Below the pieces are notes generated by a model. It ran no database searches. It was not told where the DNA came from and was given only the letters and a program-made list of their open reading frames with translations. The position numbers and the translations under genes were made by a program. From positions 186,001 through 232,110 of the forward strand of contig JAPEUD010000036.1 in assembly GCA_026026165.1 (NCBI GenBank): a DNA stretch of 46,110 nucleotides, given 5' to 3'. Shown here one piece after another: positions 31,720 through 43,600 of this stretch. Each line of letters starts with the position of its first letter. Within the stretch, counting starts at the first letter, position 1. The stretch comes from Sarea resinae (Eukaryota).

Positions 31720-34119
31720 TCATAGTCTTTTGCCTTTCTTCCTTCCCGCCTCCGCCTCAGGCCGTTGCAGAACCTTTTTCATCTGTCTCAACCTTGTCAC
31801 AGCGAGTGAGTCACGATGTTTACTGAAATCAAACACGCGAACACCCCTATCATCAAGCGGCGGTAATTCTGGGGGCGGCTGGATTGCAAAACTGCTGTGA
31901 AGAAGATCCGGGATTGCGGAGCTGCGGCGTCGATGCGCGCTAATGCCCAGAGCGCTTCCAACCTGAAATCCACCTGGTCCGATGGTGGTGAACTTGGTGG
32001 GCAGACTTTGTACTGAGACACGTCTTGGGCGGTCATATTGAGTCTTGATTCGGAGGAGGGGCTCTGTCTCAGTCGGAAAAAGAGGATTGGCTGCTTCAAG
32101 ACCAGCGGCACTTCTGAGTACGGAAGACTTTCGGCGATTGCGATCATCGGGATGACTCAAAGCGTATTCGGATGGGAAAAGTATGTGAGCAGCTTCCAGC
32201 CCTGGTGCGCTTCTGAGGACGGAAGACTTCCTACGATCCCCAGCATCAGGTGGACTCGGGCCATACTCAGGATACAAGATATGCGCGGCCTTCAGCCCCG
32301 GGGCACTTCTCAAGACCGAAGAACGTCGACGCTCTTGGGAGCGCTCAGGAACGTTAGGTGGATCGATAGGGCTGGAAAGATTTTCGGTCTGCCACCCCTC
32401 TTGATCGACTCTGGTATCCAGCGCAGGGTGCCACACCTCGCCGCGAGTTGCAATAGAGCATGTCAGGTCTTTTCCAGATAGTTCGGGTGAAACGTGATCT
32501 TTCTTCAGCCAAGACCATCCCGAGAACTCGGTTGTGCCAACCCGCTTGATCTCATTAGCCCTCAAGACGTCCACACTGCCATGGCGGGATGTTGGTGAGG
32601 AATCCTTCGAGCTTGAGCTGATCGAGCCAGCCAGGATGGAACGGCTACTCGTAGAGCTCAGGTCTGCCTCGCTGGACTCGTAATATTCACGTGGTGTTGC
32701 TATACCGAGGCTGGTAGATTGATAGCTCATTCTTCTCGAGTCAGGCAGGCTAGAGCCCTCAGAGGTCCAGTCGTCTTTCCATATGATTTCGTATACACTA
32801 CTACGAGATTGAACTCTCTGAACAGTGCTGAGCCTTCGAGGACTGTGCCCCGAAAACTCTTGTGGCGAAAATGAGCTTGGCATTGAAGAGGCGACATGCA
32901 TATCCGTGTAAGTCAGTGTAGTTTCAGCTATTGTAGTCCGTGGCACCGAATCAATGCTAGCTTGGCTAGCTCTTCGAAGTTCCGCTTTCGCATTCTCTGT
33001 GCGCGCATGCTTGTCTGGTATATCGCTCCCCCAATCGTTCGTCCGATACAGTTCAATTGAGTACTTGAGCATACTTCCGGAATTAGAGCCTGCCTTTGGC
33101 TCTGTTGGCATCGGCGAACTTGCTAAGGTTGAGTCTATCATGGGTGTCTTGGGAGCGACAGGGACGGTGCTAGCTCTTCTCAGCGTGATTGATGCGGGTG
33201 TATCCCGGCGCACGAGCTTCCTTCGAGAAGGTATTCGAGCAATGTCTTTAACCCACTCCACCCTCCCCTTCATACTTGTTTCGATTTTCTTGGCGGTAGA
33301 TTGCTGTCCAGGAGCGTGGTGAAGACTGATGCCAAGTTCGGGTGAAGCATGTGATGCTGCATAGGATTGAAGTACCGGCGCTCCAACGGCTCCGACACTC
33401 CACCTACGGCCCGCTCGAGAAGAAGGAGGGCTTGCTTTGTCAAACTTAGCCCGAATGAGGCTCATGTTGCTACTCAAAGACATTGATCGGTGGGGCCACA
33501 CGTCAGGAGTAATTGGCGTATTCTGATGGCCGTCGTCAAACGGTGAGCAGTTCAATAAGCCTTTCTTTTCCGTGCTTAGCTCATATGACGTATCTGATCC
33601 GCTCGTGCTTTTGATTATAGTTCGAGCTGAGACATCAGAGGCCTCGTTGATCGCATCTAGCTGGTGTACGATGGCCTCAAATAAGTTAATGCGTCCATCC
33701 TGGCTATCGGTTGAAATTGGACGTCTTTGAACAGAATTATCTTTCATGCTATCGTGGCTATCTTTTTCGCTCTTCTGCTCCTCGGCGGAAGAAGCTCTGT
33801 CCAGCTCTACACTTAGTCGGGGCCTCCTGTACATACTGAGACTGAATTGATCATCCTCGAGCGGCCTGAAAGGAGGCAATTCATCGAGGGCATCCAGCAG
33901 AGGAGGTGTCAAAAATGGAGAGCGATGACTTAAGTCAAAGCTGGCTGGACTGCGTTCTGATGGACTCAATGGCCGAGCAGACTGAGGGTAGAGCGAGGGA
34001 GAACGAATAGTGCTAGGGCCAGGAGAAACTTGGCCCCCAGTATCGAGCCAAATTTGAGACAAATGAAGGGCCCTATCTGTGGCGGCTCTAGTAATGACCG
34101 GCTTGCTCGTCTGTGTCAT
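31720..34119 (-). CDS. Ser/Arg-rich, probably disordered hypothetical protein (799 aa) with a triplicated RRxSSVLRSA motif
   Basis: Long intact ORF with many RRxS motifs and three ~32-aa repeats. Confidence 0.75.
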   Translation of the reverse strand: MTQTSKPVITRAATDRALHLSQIWLDTGGQVSPGPSTIRSPSLYPQSARPLSPSERSPASFDLSHRSPFLTPPLLDALDELPPFRPLEDDQFSLSMYRRPRLSVELDRASSAEEQKSEKDSHDSMKDNSVQRRPISTDSQDGRINLFEAIVHQLDAINEASDVSARTIIKSTSGSDTSYELSTEKKGLLNCSPFDDGHQNTPITPDVWPHRSMSLSSNMSLIRAKFDKASPPSSRAGRRWSVGAVGAPVLQSYAASHASPELGISLHHAPGQQSTAKKIETSMKGRVEWVKDIARIPSRRKLVRRDTPASITLRRASTVPVAPKTPMIDSTLASSPMPTEPKAGSNSGSMLKYSIELYRTNDWGSDIPDKHARTENAKAELRRASQASIDSVPRTTIAETTLTYTDMHVASSMPSSFSPQEFSGHSPRRLSTVQRVQSRSSVYEIIWKDDWTSEGSSLPDSRRMSYQSTSLGIATPREYYESSEADLSSTSSRSILAGSISSSSKDSSPTSRHGSVDVLRANEIKRVGTTEFSGWSWLKKDHVSPELSGKDLTCSIATRGEVWHPALDTRVDQEGWQTENLSSPIDPPNVPERSQERRRSSVLRSAPGLKAAHILYPEYGPSPPDAGDRRKSSVLRSAPGLEAAHILFPSEYALSHPDDRNRRKSSVLRSAAGLEAANPLFPTETEPLLRIKTQYDRPRRVSVQSLPTKFTTIGPGGFQVGSALGISAHRRRSSAIPDLLHSSFAIQPPPELPPLDDRGVRVFDFSKHRDSLAVTRLRQMKKVLQRPEAEAGRKKGKRL

Positions 34120-35019
34120 GTTCGCAGCCCGACGTGCACCGGTCCAATGCAGATAGGATACTAGTTTGGCAGAGGTGATGATGATGATATAGAGATACAG
34201 GTGATCAAGGAAATATGCGAAGCACAGGTCGCATCAAAGATAACGAGACCGGATTGAATTAGTCTGAGCCGCGATCATACCAGGTAAAAGTCTGTAGGTC
34301 TGAGACTGTTCAAGGAGGATGAGGATAAAATGAAGATGAAGATGAAGATGATGAGGTTGAGGATGATCAAAGGGAAGCAGAGGAGAGTGAGATGATGGCG
34401 AGACAAGAGAAACACGGTCATCGTGTCCGCTATCCGAGACATATTACTCTGTAAGGAAAGAGGGAAGGACTCAGCCTGTCTCCACTCCGGAAGACGTCCA
34501 AGGACATCTTTGAGTTCTGCGACAATAAATCATTAAGCGTGATCATGAGCTATATGATCCATATAGGCTAGAAAGTTGGTGGGCTTCAAGGCTTGAGCTT
34601 TGATCCCAAACAGTCATGCCATTCGACTTCAAGATTGTATGCAGCTAGATTGAAGGGCCACTTCATCTGCCGTGGGTGCTCGAGTCATCTGAATTTGGTC
34701 CTTGAACTGAGGATGGAGTCCTCGAGGCCCATGGGGACTCCGCTCTCGGCATAATCAGTCACACGTAGATCCCTAACGATGGGAACAGGAAATGTAATGA
34801 AGCCTCGAGAAAGGGCACTTGAAGCAAAAGTCGTTGTGGCTGTTGCGGGCTACGATACCTACTGCCTGATTCGTCAGTGTTTGATGTGTTTGGTAGCAAC
34901 TCGTTTAGCGAGACGTGTCCGTAGCTCTCCCGCTCTCCAGCTTGTACTCCGTAGCTGCCAGAGCTATCGAGCCTCAATCGCCAATCGTCTTCACAAGGAG
35001 AGGAGAGAGTGATTCAACC

Positions 35020-36875
35020 ATGGCCATGCGATTCTTTGGTGCCTCACTCTTTGCCCTGGCGGCAGCAAAGGCTGCTGCTGGCGCTGAGTCGTCTCGGCCA
35101 CGGGGCGTAGGTCCAGAATGTATGTGATTGAGATCGATATCCCTCTGGGAGGGGCTTGGTTCCCTCCACCTGCTTCGACGACAACCACAGGCACTTGCTC
35201 ACTTACTAACCAAATCTCTTAGTCGCAAAATTCTATAAATCGACAGACGCTTTCACTTGTATATCGAATCCTTCAATCCATCTTTCCGTATCTCAGGTCA
35301 ATGACGACTTCTGCGATTGCCCCGACGGCTCTGACGAACCGGGAACCTCCGCCTGCGCACACCTCTCTCCATTGTCCCCCGCATCCCCTGCCGACGTCTT
35401 AGACAGGGACGTCAATACAACCTTTGCTCTCCCTGGATATTACTGCAAGAACAAGGGCCACCAACCCAGCTACATACCGTTCACGAATGTCAACGATGGG
35501 GTTTGCGACTACGAGCTGTGCTGTGACGGAAGCGACGAATGGCAGAGCGTAGGGGGAACTGCGTGTGAAGACCGATGCAAAGCCATTGGTAAAGAATGGA
35601 GAGCAAAGGACGAGCAAAGGAAACGAGCGCTGAGTGCGGCTCTCAAAAAGCGAAAGGAGCTTGTCGCGGAGTCGTCCAGGTTGCGGAAGGAGGTTGAAGA
35701 TAGGCTACAGTCATTGGGTACTGAGATAGAGGGAGCGGAGATGAAGGTTGCAGAACTTGAGAAGGAATTGGAAGAAGTCGAGAGGAGAGAGAAGGGTAAA
35801 GTCGTCAGGGTCCAAGGAAAAGCTAGCCGGATCAACGTACTAGCCGGCCTTGCCAAAGGGAGGATCGATGAGCTGAGAGAGAATCTCATCAATGTTCGGA
35901 AAGACCGTGATGCCAACAAGGCGAGATTGAAGGAGCTGGAGACGATATTGTCAACTTTCAAGGAAGAATATAATCCAAACTTCAACGACGAGGGCGTGAA
36001 GAGAGCAGTAAGGCGATGGGAGGAGTATGCCGCACGGGGATTGGAAGCAGACATCGATGCTGCTCACGAGAGAGATCTCGACGAAGTCACAAAGCCAGAT
36101 GGAGAGACTGGAGGCATTAGGTGGGAAGATTGGGAAGGCGAAGAAGAGGGTGATGCCGACGTTCGTAAGTTTTGAACCTCGTCTAACCTCCTCAAGTCGC
36201 TACCTATGCTAATTACAAGAAGTCTACAAATTCGAGGAGTATCTTCCCCATCCCGTACGCAACTGGATCGATCAGAAATTGCGGGACCTCCGAGTTCTGC
36301 TGATCGAAAATGGCATTCTGGCCGAATCCAGTTCCTCTTCTGCCGAGTCCAAGGCCGTCACGGCTGCACGTAGTGCATTGGATGCGGCAAGAAAAGTGCT
36401 GAGCGACCATAGAGAAGGCCTTACATCCCACCAGGCTGATCTCGACAAAGACTACGGCCCAGACGACATCTTCAGAGCCTTGAAAGGCCGATGCGTCGAG
36501 AAAGATTCCGGCGAATACACTTACGAGCTATGCTGGCTCGACCGCACCACCCAGAAGCCTAAGAAAGGAGGAGCTCATGTTGGTATGGGCAACTTTGTCC
36601 GCATCGACCGAGTGACGGTGGATGAAGATATCGGTCCGGACGGCAAGGGCCTAGGATCCGGTGAAAGAATTGCACTACGATATGAGAACGGGCAACACTG
36701 CTGGAACGGACCCCACCGAAGCACGACGGCCATCTTGGGATGTGCCGAGAAGGATGAGATCTGGAAGGTCATCGAGGAAGAGAAATGCGTCTACCGATTG
36801 GAGGTTGGTACGCCTGCGGTGTGTGACGTGGTCGCATCGAATGGCGCTGCGGGAAATGTCAGGGATGAACTATGA
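35020..36875 (+). CDS. GTB1: Glucosidase II beta subunit (PRKCSH/Gtb1); exons 35020-35119, 35223-36164, 36223-36875
   Basis: Signal peptide, RPRGVGPE/F, VNDDFCDCPDGSDEPGTSAC, coiled-coil, MRH domain (YTYELC..YENGQHCWNGPHRST..EEEKCVY) and C-terminal RDEL ER-retention signal. Confidence 0.95.
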
Positions 36876-39800
36876 AGTCGCCGAACAGGATGTTTTCTGA
36901 TTTGCCTTTCCGAGGCAGTCTTTGGTGGGAGTTTGTTTTGTTCCGAGTCCTTAGAAATATTAGCTCACGATCTCTGCTTGCGGGAAATTCTGGAATTTGA
37001 CAAGTCTTGATCGTCGAATGACTACTCAGTACATCGAGCTCTGGAGGCCCCTCGGCCCTTGTAAGGTCGGTCGCAGGACCTTTCGTCTATCACGCAAAAT
37101 GTATTTACCTATCAGCGGAGGCGAGATTGAACAAGCCCATGCGGGCTCCCGCAATATGACATAGCATCCCGGTTGACGCGTCTCCCATGACTCCATCACT
37201 GATATATCCCCGTTTGCAGACAAACGCGACGTGCATCCCGCAGTCATCACCGTAGTGTACTTTGCGTGAAGTCAGTCCTGCATAGGTTTGCGGCTCAGCG
37301 GCCAAACTCATCTGCGATATGCAGTCGACCTCATGCATAAGTAGGCCCGATGTATTCGTACATTTGGTTTGATCAAATCTCTTGTGCAGCATCGGACTAA
37401 GAATGCAGCGAGGCGCAAGCATGGGGCATACAAGTATGGCACTGCACCCTGCACCCATCAGATTCGCGCTCCTCATCTCCGAGATTAATAAGATGAAGCC
37501 TTCGTCATACCTCTAGCTACCAAGCTTGGTACTTCTGTGTGATCCATGACTGTTTTGTTTTTCCATTCGCGCGACATCGTTATGTAATTCCCTCCCTATC
37601 GCAGAGCTCCGTGAGTACTGGCACTACTATGAGTAAGTGAGGTCAATCTAGAGTAAGGTTGCTACTCTATCGATACCGGACCGCGGGCTTGCCTTCCAAG
37701 ACGGGTGATGGCGCGCGCGCGGGTGCATGGAAATGGAGAAGTGTGATCTGGCGGTTTTGCCCCGGAAATGCTCGTACTGCATTGGCGCAGTTGTCCAATT
37801 TCCGTGCTGCCGACTGGTTCCCAAGTTGGCGGCGTCATGGCGATGCAATAGTTCCTTTAGTACCTACCTTAGTAAGTAGTCTGAGTGATGTGCAGTGCCA
37901 AACATTTGCGGTACTCTACAATATCAATGGGCTATTCTTTTTTTCCTATTGGGTCAGTCTTCTCACATCTCACGGTACATTGTTTCGATCGCCTTTTGAC
38001 GCCCAAGCAATTTGCGAGACGGAGTCTTGTGCGACGCTCATCTTACCTGACACCCGACGTCTGCTGTTCTGCTCCATCGTCGACCGACCGTCTATGTGAT
38101 TTGGATTATTCACCCTTAGGTTCGTAGGACAGGACAGAGACCAGATTGGAGTAGAACGGAGTTCGTACTGCGTGCTGCGCAGTGGAGTCAGACCTCCAGG
38201 TTGATGATCTCCTTACCTCCATCACTTCACCTCTCACATACCATAGTACTCGTAGTATGAATGGCATAGTACGAAGTACCTGCTCTGATGCAAGGTACGC
38301 AGTACTCCGAGTACGCTGTCCTGCCGCTGACGGGAGCACTCGTACTGACTGGCCGAGTCGGCACCCAATGATCTAATCTCGCTTATGCTCGGCCAGCACA
38401 TGGCACCAAGACCAGACCGGGACACAGGCCAAGCACTTCAGTAAGTGCCAGGGCCATCAGGACCATCAGGGCAAAAGGGTAAGGGGCAAGGGGGTCCGCC
38501 TTAGCCCGAGGAAGCCTTCCCGAAGGCCGCTGTTGCTAGTTGGCCGGTCTAGGGTCGCGAACGGCAAAGTTCAGGAACCGGGCCCCCCTCGGGCAGGGAG
38601 ATCCGCCCAACCGTTCGTCCCATGAGAGTGGACGGTGGACAATTGGTCAAGTCATTCGTCGATGGGAAAGCCAGGGGGCGAGGTGCGACCGGGGCCAGAA
38701 AGTTGCTCGGCCGTGCAGTCTCGGTCTGGGGTGCGTATGCAAGCCGCGCGAGATACCTGCAGAACCGTTGCCTTGCCCCCCTTTCTTTGAGTCGACTTAT
38801 CCACGCCGGCCAGCTTCAGGGGCCACGATCTCAGGCGGACGGCGGCTTCGATTGATGACCTCGATCGATGTGGGCGCTCTCGTCCGTACTCTAGGAGTAC
38901 TCTACCGACCCTGCCTGCTTCTTCTCTCCTCTCCGATTCTTTGTGCACCAACCACGACTAGAATGATCCTCACAGTACTAGAGTATCGGATCCGAGAAAT
39001 TGGGAGGACGATAGCAGGCAGCACAGGCCAAGCCATGGTACAGAAGGACCGCCGGCCGCGTGCTCACCCCCATCGACCGATTCCCCCCGCCTAGACAAGT
39101 TTCAGATTCATGGGTCGGCTACTTGCGTCTTGTGCGGATTCGCCTAACCGGCATCCTTCTTCTCTTGGTAGAGACATTGGATGAGCTCCTTTGGGCGCGC
39201 CCAGAGGAGGATTCCCAATTGTGGCTGTCACGAGCCCTTGAACTTTCAACAGTAGTGGCGACTGATTTATTACTCTATTACTATGTCAGCTACCTATGTC
39301 AGTCAGTGGTGTACTCCGGAGTACTGCGTACGGACGATCGTGCGTTTATCGTGCCTCTGTCGCGCCCGAGAGGGAGCAGGGCTGCCAGACACGCTATCGT
39401 GCACGCTATCTCCTGGCCATCGTTTGTCGGGCAACCCCCTAACCGGCTGTAGCCATTCATTTGCCAACACCAGGGGAGATCCATTTGCCGGTGGGGACGA
39501 TACTGGACAAGGTGGTGAACTTAGGGCATACTCCAGAGTAGTGTTAGCCTCCTTGGTCTTGTCTGAATCTATCCGCAAGGAGAATCTCCCAGGTCCCCCC
39601 CTCCCAATCTTGCTATCGATCAAATTGCTGCTGGCCTTTTCGTTGAGCGAGAGGCTGCCACTTTATACCAACCAACTTATTCACTCTCTGGATACTACTC
39701 CTTAGCCTTACCAAGGAGAGCTTTGGACTCTTCTCGTAGTGAGCCCTGTACGCAGTAGGCCTCTCTTCCAGCCGGCAGGTCTTCGGGAAGCCTCACAGTC

Positions 39801-40693
39801 GCGACCGTGGCCATCAGAGTCGATTGTCGATCCTCTCTGATCATTACCGCACTCGTCACTCTTTTTCTTCCTTTCCCCCCACCCCCAGCGGCGATTCATT
39901 CTCGGTTTCTCCTGGTCCCCTTCATCGACGGCAGCCGGGCTGACTGATCTAATCGATCGAAAAGTACGAATTTTCCGGCACCCTACTGTCGACAATTCCT
40001 CAAGACACCGTTTCCGCGCCATTGGTGATGCGTACCCAAGCTTGACCTGAGAAGCTCCACCAATTCTCTCCGCACTGCTCTGGCCGATGAACATAACCCG
40101 CAGCACACAATCCATCGGAGCAAGCTTCTCAGCAGCACGTAATCTGGCCCAAGGAAAGCTTATCTACGCCATTCAATCTTTCCAGCAAGTCGACGACCAG
40201 TCCAACCATACAGGAGTCGACGTTCACATTCCAGGCGGAATTACCCTACACGCTCATTCATTCATTTCTTTGCCAATCCAACTTGATTCATCCTATTCAC
40301 TATTAGTAGCCTTGTTTGACCACGGCGCGTCTTCCAAGTGAATCGACCTGCTGTCTACAACGCAGTCGCGTTTTCTTCAGTATTTCTGGTATCGGCCACT
40401 CAACAACCTAGCGTTCACGACTATCTCTCATCGAACGAGCAATTCAAGCTCAGTCGCACACGGAACCATATCTGCGGATAGTGCAAATACAGTCTGAGTT
40501 GACGGACCAGCAGTGTGAAATCTTCATCATCGCGTGCCCTGGAGTGCGCTGCAGCACGGGGTGCTTGCTCAGCTAGAGCAACTCAGCACGGCTGTCCAAG
40601 TACGTCCATGAGTTCTTCCTCGATCAATGACTCGTCAATAAAACTGATGCCTTCTTGAATAGCTTTTCATCATTACCGACTCAAGTATTCATC

Positions 40694-43600
40694 ATGAATC
40701 GATTTCGTAAAAACAGAAAGGCGAAGGACTTGGCGGAGACACCAATGCGACTCTCAAATGACACCGATAGCCCGCGTTCTCCATCGTCCATTGTCAAGCC
40801 ATTCAAGAAGGGCAAGAAGGCGGCTCCCGAACCAGAGCCGAAACCGGTCGTTGACCTATCTACGGCCCTTCCTTCAACGGATGATTTCAGAACGAGTCTT
40901 CTGATGCCCAAGCTCTCGGCTCGCTTCAGTATGTTGAGGGAGCAGGATGATCCGACCTCGAAGTTAGGGAAAGCGAATGACGATAGCGTCCTGTTTCCCG
41001 ATAAACGACAGTCGAGGCTCGCGAACCATGGCTTTCTTGGGGGCGGACTATCCGATATCGATGAGGTGGCTTCGATCCGGAGCGCGGTACGCCCGCCATT
41101 TGCGTATAGCAGAACAGAGTCCTACGGCTCAGGCGAGGGATACGGAACTGATGATGATTCCTCACACAATGGCAGCATGATGAACCGGTCCAGGCCAGGC
41201 GAGGGCAACGTTTTATTTGGTGGAAGGCAAAAGGTTTACAAAATTCCCAACAAATCTGGCTCGGCCGAGGGCGAGGCCAGGGACTCTGGAAAGGGCATGG
41301 GCAGAGTCCTCTACGGAGATGACGTGAGCATGTCAAATTTCCAAAAGTTAAGAGAGGAAGAGAAGAGAGTCCAACGGGAAAAAGAATTAGAGGAACTTGA
41401 ACGCGAAGACGGCTTGATTGATCCGACGCAAGAGCGAGCTTCTTCGCCACTACCGTCCAGCTATAACAAGAACCGTGACACCTCTTCCTCGACTACTTCT
41501 GGCCCTTCAAATACTCGTACTTCGACAGCTGCAACTTCTATCGCGTCTCAGGGCGCTTCTTCTGTCAATTCTCCTACAACATCCGTGCCCATTAGCGCGG
41601 AAGCTGGTGCGCCTGGCCTCGATCGATCATTGACCAAATCCCGGAGGCTATATGAGCAAGGTCTGGATCAACACCTTCATGAGCAGCAGTCGTCGGCTAT
41701 GAGTAGGCTCCAAACTCTGCAACGTCAGCGAACCTTGAACGGGGGTTCTCCAAATATATCTCAGGCAAGGAGCGCATCGAATCTACATGATCGATTTCAG
41801 CGAAGTAGTCCACAATCAGGACCATCGGTCTCTGCGACGACTAGTCCTCCTCCATCCGCTCCGCTCATCGGCCCTGGAAATTTCGATCTCGGTTTTGGCG
41901 ATCCTAAACCAGCTAGGGATAGTCCAAGTCCAAGCGTTCAATCACCTCCTCTTAGTCCTCCAGTCAGCGAAGGCGAGGATACCTCTGCGCTATCCTCAGC
42001 CATCGAGCCCAAAGATCGAGGGAAGGCCACTGCTCTCGGAGCTTTCAATAAGCCTCAAAATAAATATGATGAAAAGCAATACTCACAGCGTCAGCTACAG
42101 ATGCAGCAAGGAAGGGAGAGCCCCTCGATAAGGAGATGGTCACCCCCAAGAGCCGCTTCGCGTACCGGCGCGGCTGGCCATGGACGTTTCCGCAATGAGT
42201 CAAACGCTTCCACGCGTTCTCGATCTGCCTCGGGGGACACGAAGAGGTCAGATCAAGACCACGGTGGCTATCAACGAGCCGCTGGTCATCTACCGTCTGG
42301 TTCGTCTGATAGGAAGGACGACAAATCTTTGGCGGAAACAACGGGAACTTTTCTGGCACCTATGAGCGGTAGCGAGAGTGAAGCAGAACCTGACGAAGAA
42401 TCACAGAGGTCTCGAATACAACCAACACCACAAGCCCCAGCTCCTACTGTAAAACAATCCAGGTCGACACCGCCGCCACTACAACCGGAATCACTGCACA
42501 TGGCTTCAAAAGCGCGAGAACCTCAGAGATCCGTGAATGAAACAGCTGATGATCATGAGGACCAGGCCAAAGCTGCTTCGGCACCACGAAAAGGATCCGC
42601 TGTGAGCTCTGCAAAATCTGCCGAAATCCAAGCAGATTCCCCCACTCTTGGACCAGCAGCCGGCTTGAGCGGCCTCATTCGTCAGCATCTCCGCAACGAC
42701 AGTGGTCAATCCTCTATTTATGATGCGCCATCGCCCGATTTCTCTTCCAATTTCTCCCAAGATGATTCAAATTCGGCCGACAAGGGAATGGCAGCACAGT
42801 TTGGATATGCTAGTGGTGATCCGTGGGATTACGATGTAGATGAATCGTATCCAGATGCCTCTGACTCTTCTCGATTGAACGGCCCAGTCCGTAAGAACTC
42901 TGCTGCACCGCCTCCACTGAGTGTCAGAACAAAGAAGGCTCCGGATCAAGAACCTCGTACGAGCGACGAGTCATCTAAGGGCAGATCATGGGAGGATGAA
43001 TTGAGGGGCCGACATACGCGTGATCCGAGCACAGGCACGCAGCAAGAGAGGGAAGACTTTGCAAATGAGTTGGCTCAGCGACGAAAGATGGTCCAGGAGA
43101 ACTTGAGGACTCTAGCTGAGAACGAAAGCCGTTCTAGTAGCCCGGCATCGGAAATGAGAGAACCCCTCAGAGCTGGAAGTGCACTGAGCGGCAGGCTCAG
43201 GCCAAAGTCTAGTCGGGGTTCTATCAACCCTACAAAGCCGGAGAACACCTCTAAAGCCATGAGAATGTTGGGTTTGGGTGGTGCCAGCGGGGCTAGCCCT
43301 GGCAGCGAAGAGCACCGCCGTAAGGAGGAAGAACGGTCGCTACGTGATATCGTCAAAGGCCCGAAGGTTCCCTCGCACCCAAAGCCATTCCAACGGGGCC
43401 CACAAGACATCCTCAAAGATTATGAGCAGCGCCAGCGTGGTAGCCGCGAGACGGATCGAGAGACAGTACTACCTGCTGGTCGTTCTTCTCCTTCAATAGT
43501 GAGCTCCAAGGACTCATCACGAGAGAGGTCAAGTTCTGAAGTTTCTAGTGGGCGTTCAAAAAGCAGGGCCGGAAAGAATAGTTACGACGTTCACCACACG

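Noticed and set aside
36900..40600. Numerous 60-184 aa ORFs in the long intergenic region
   Set aside because: Overlapping, no domain motifs or consistent exon structure; probably non-coding.
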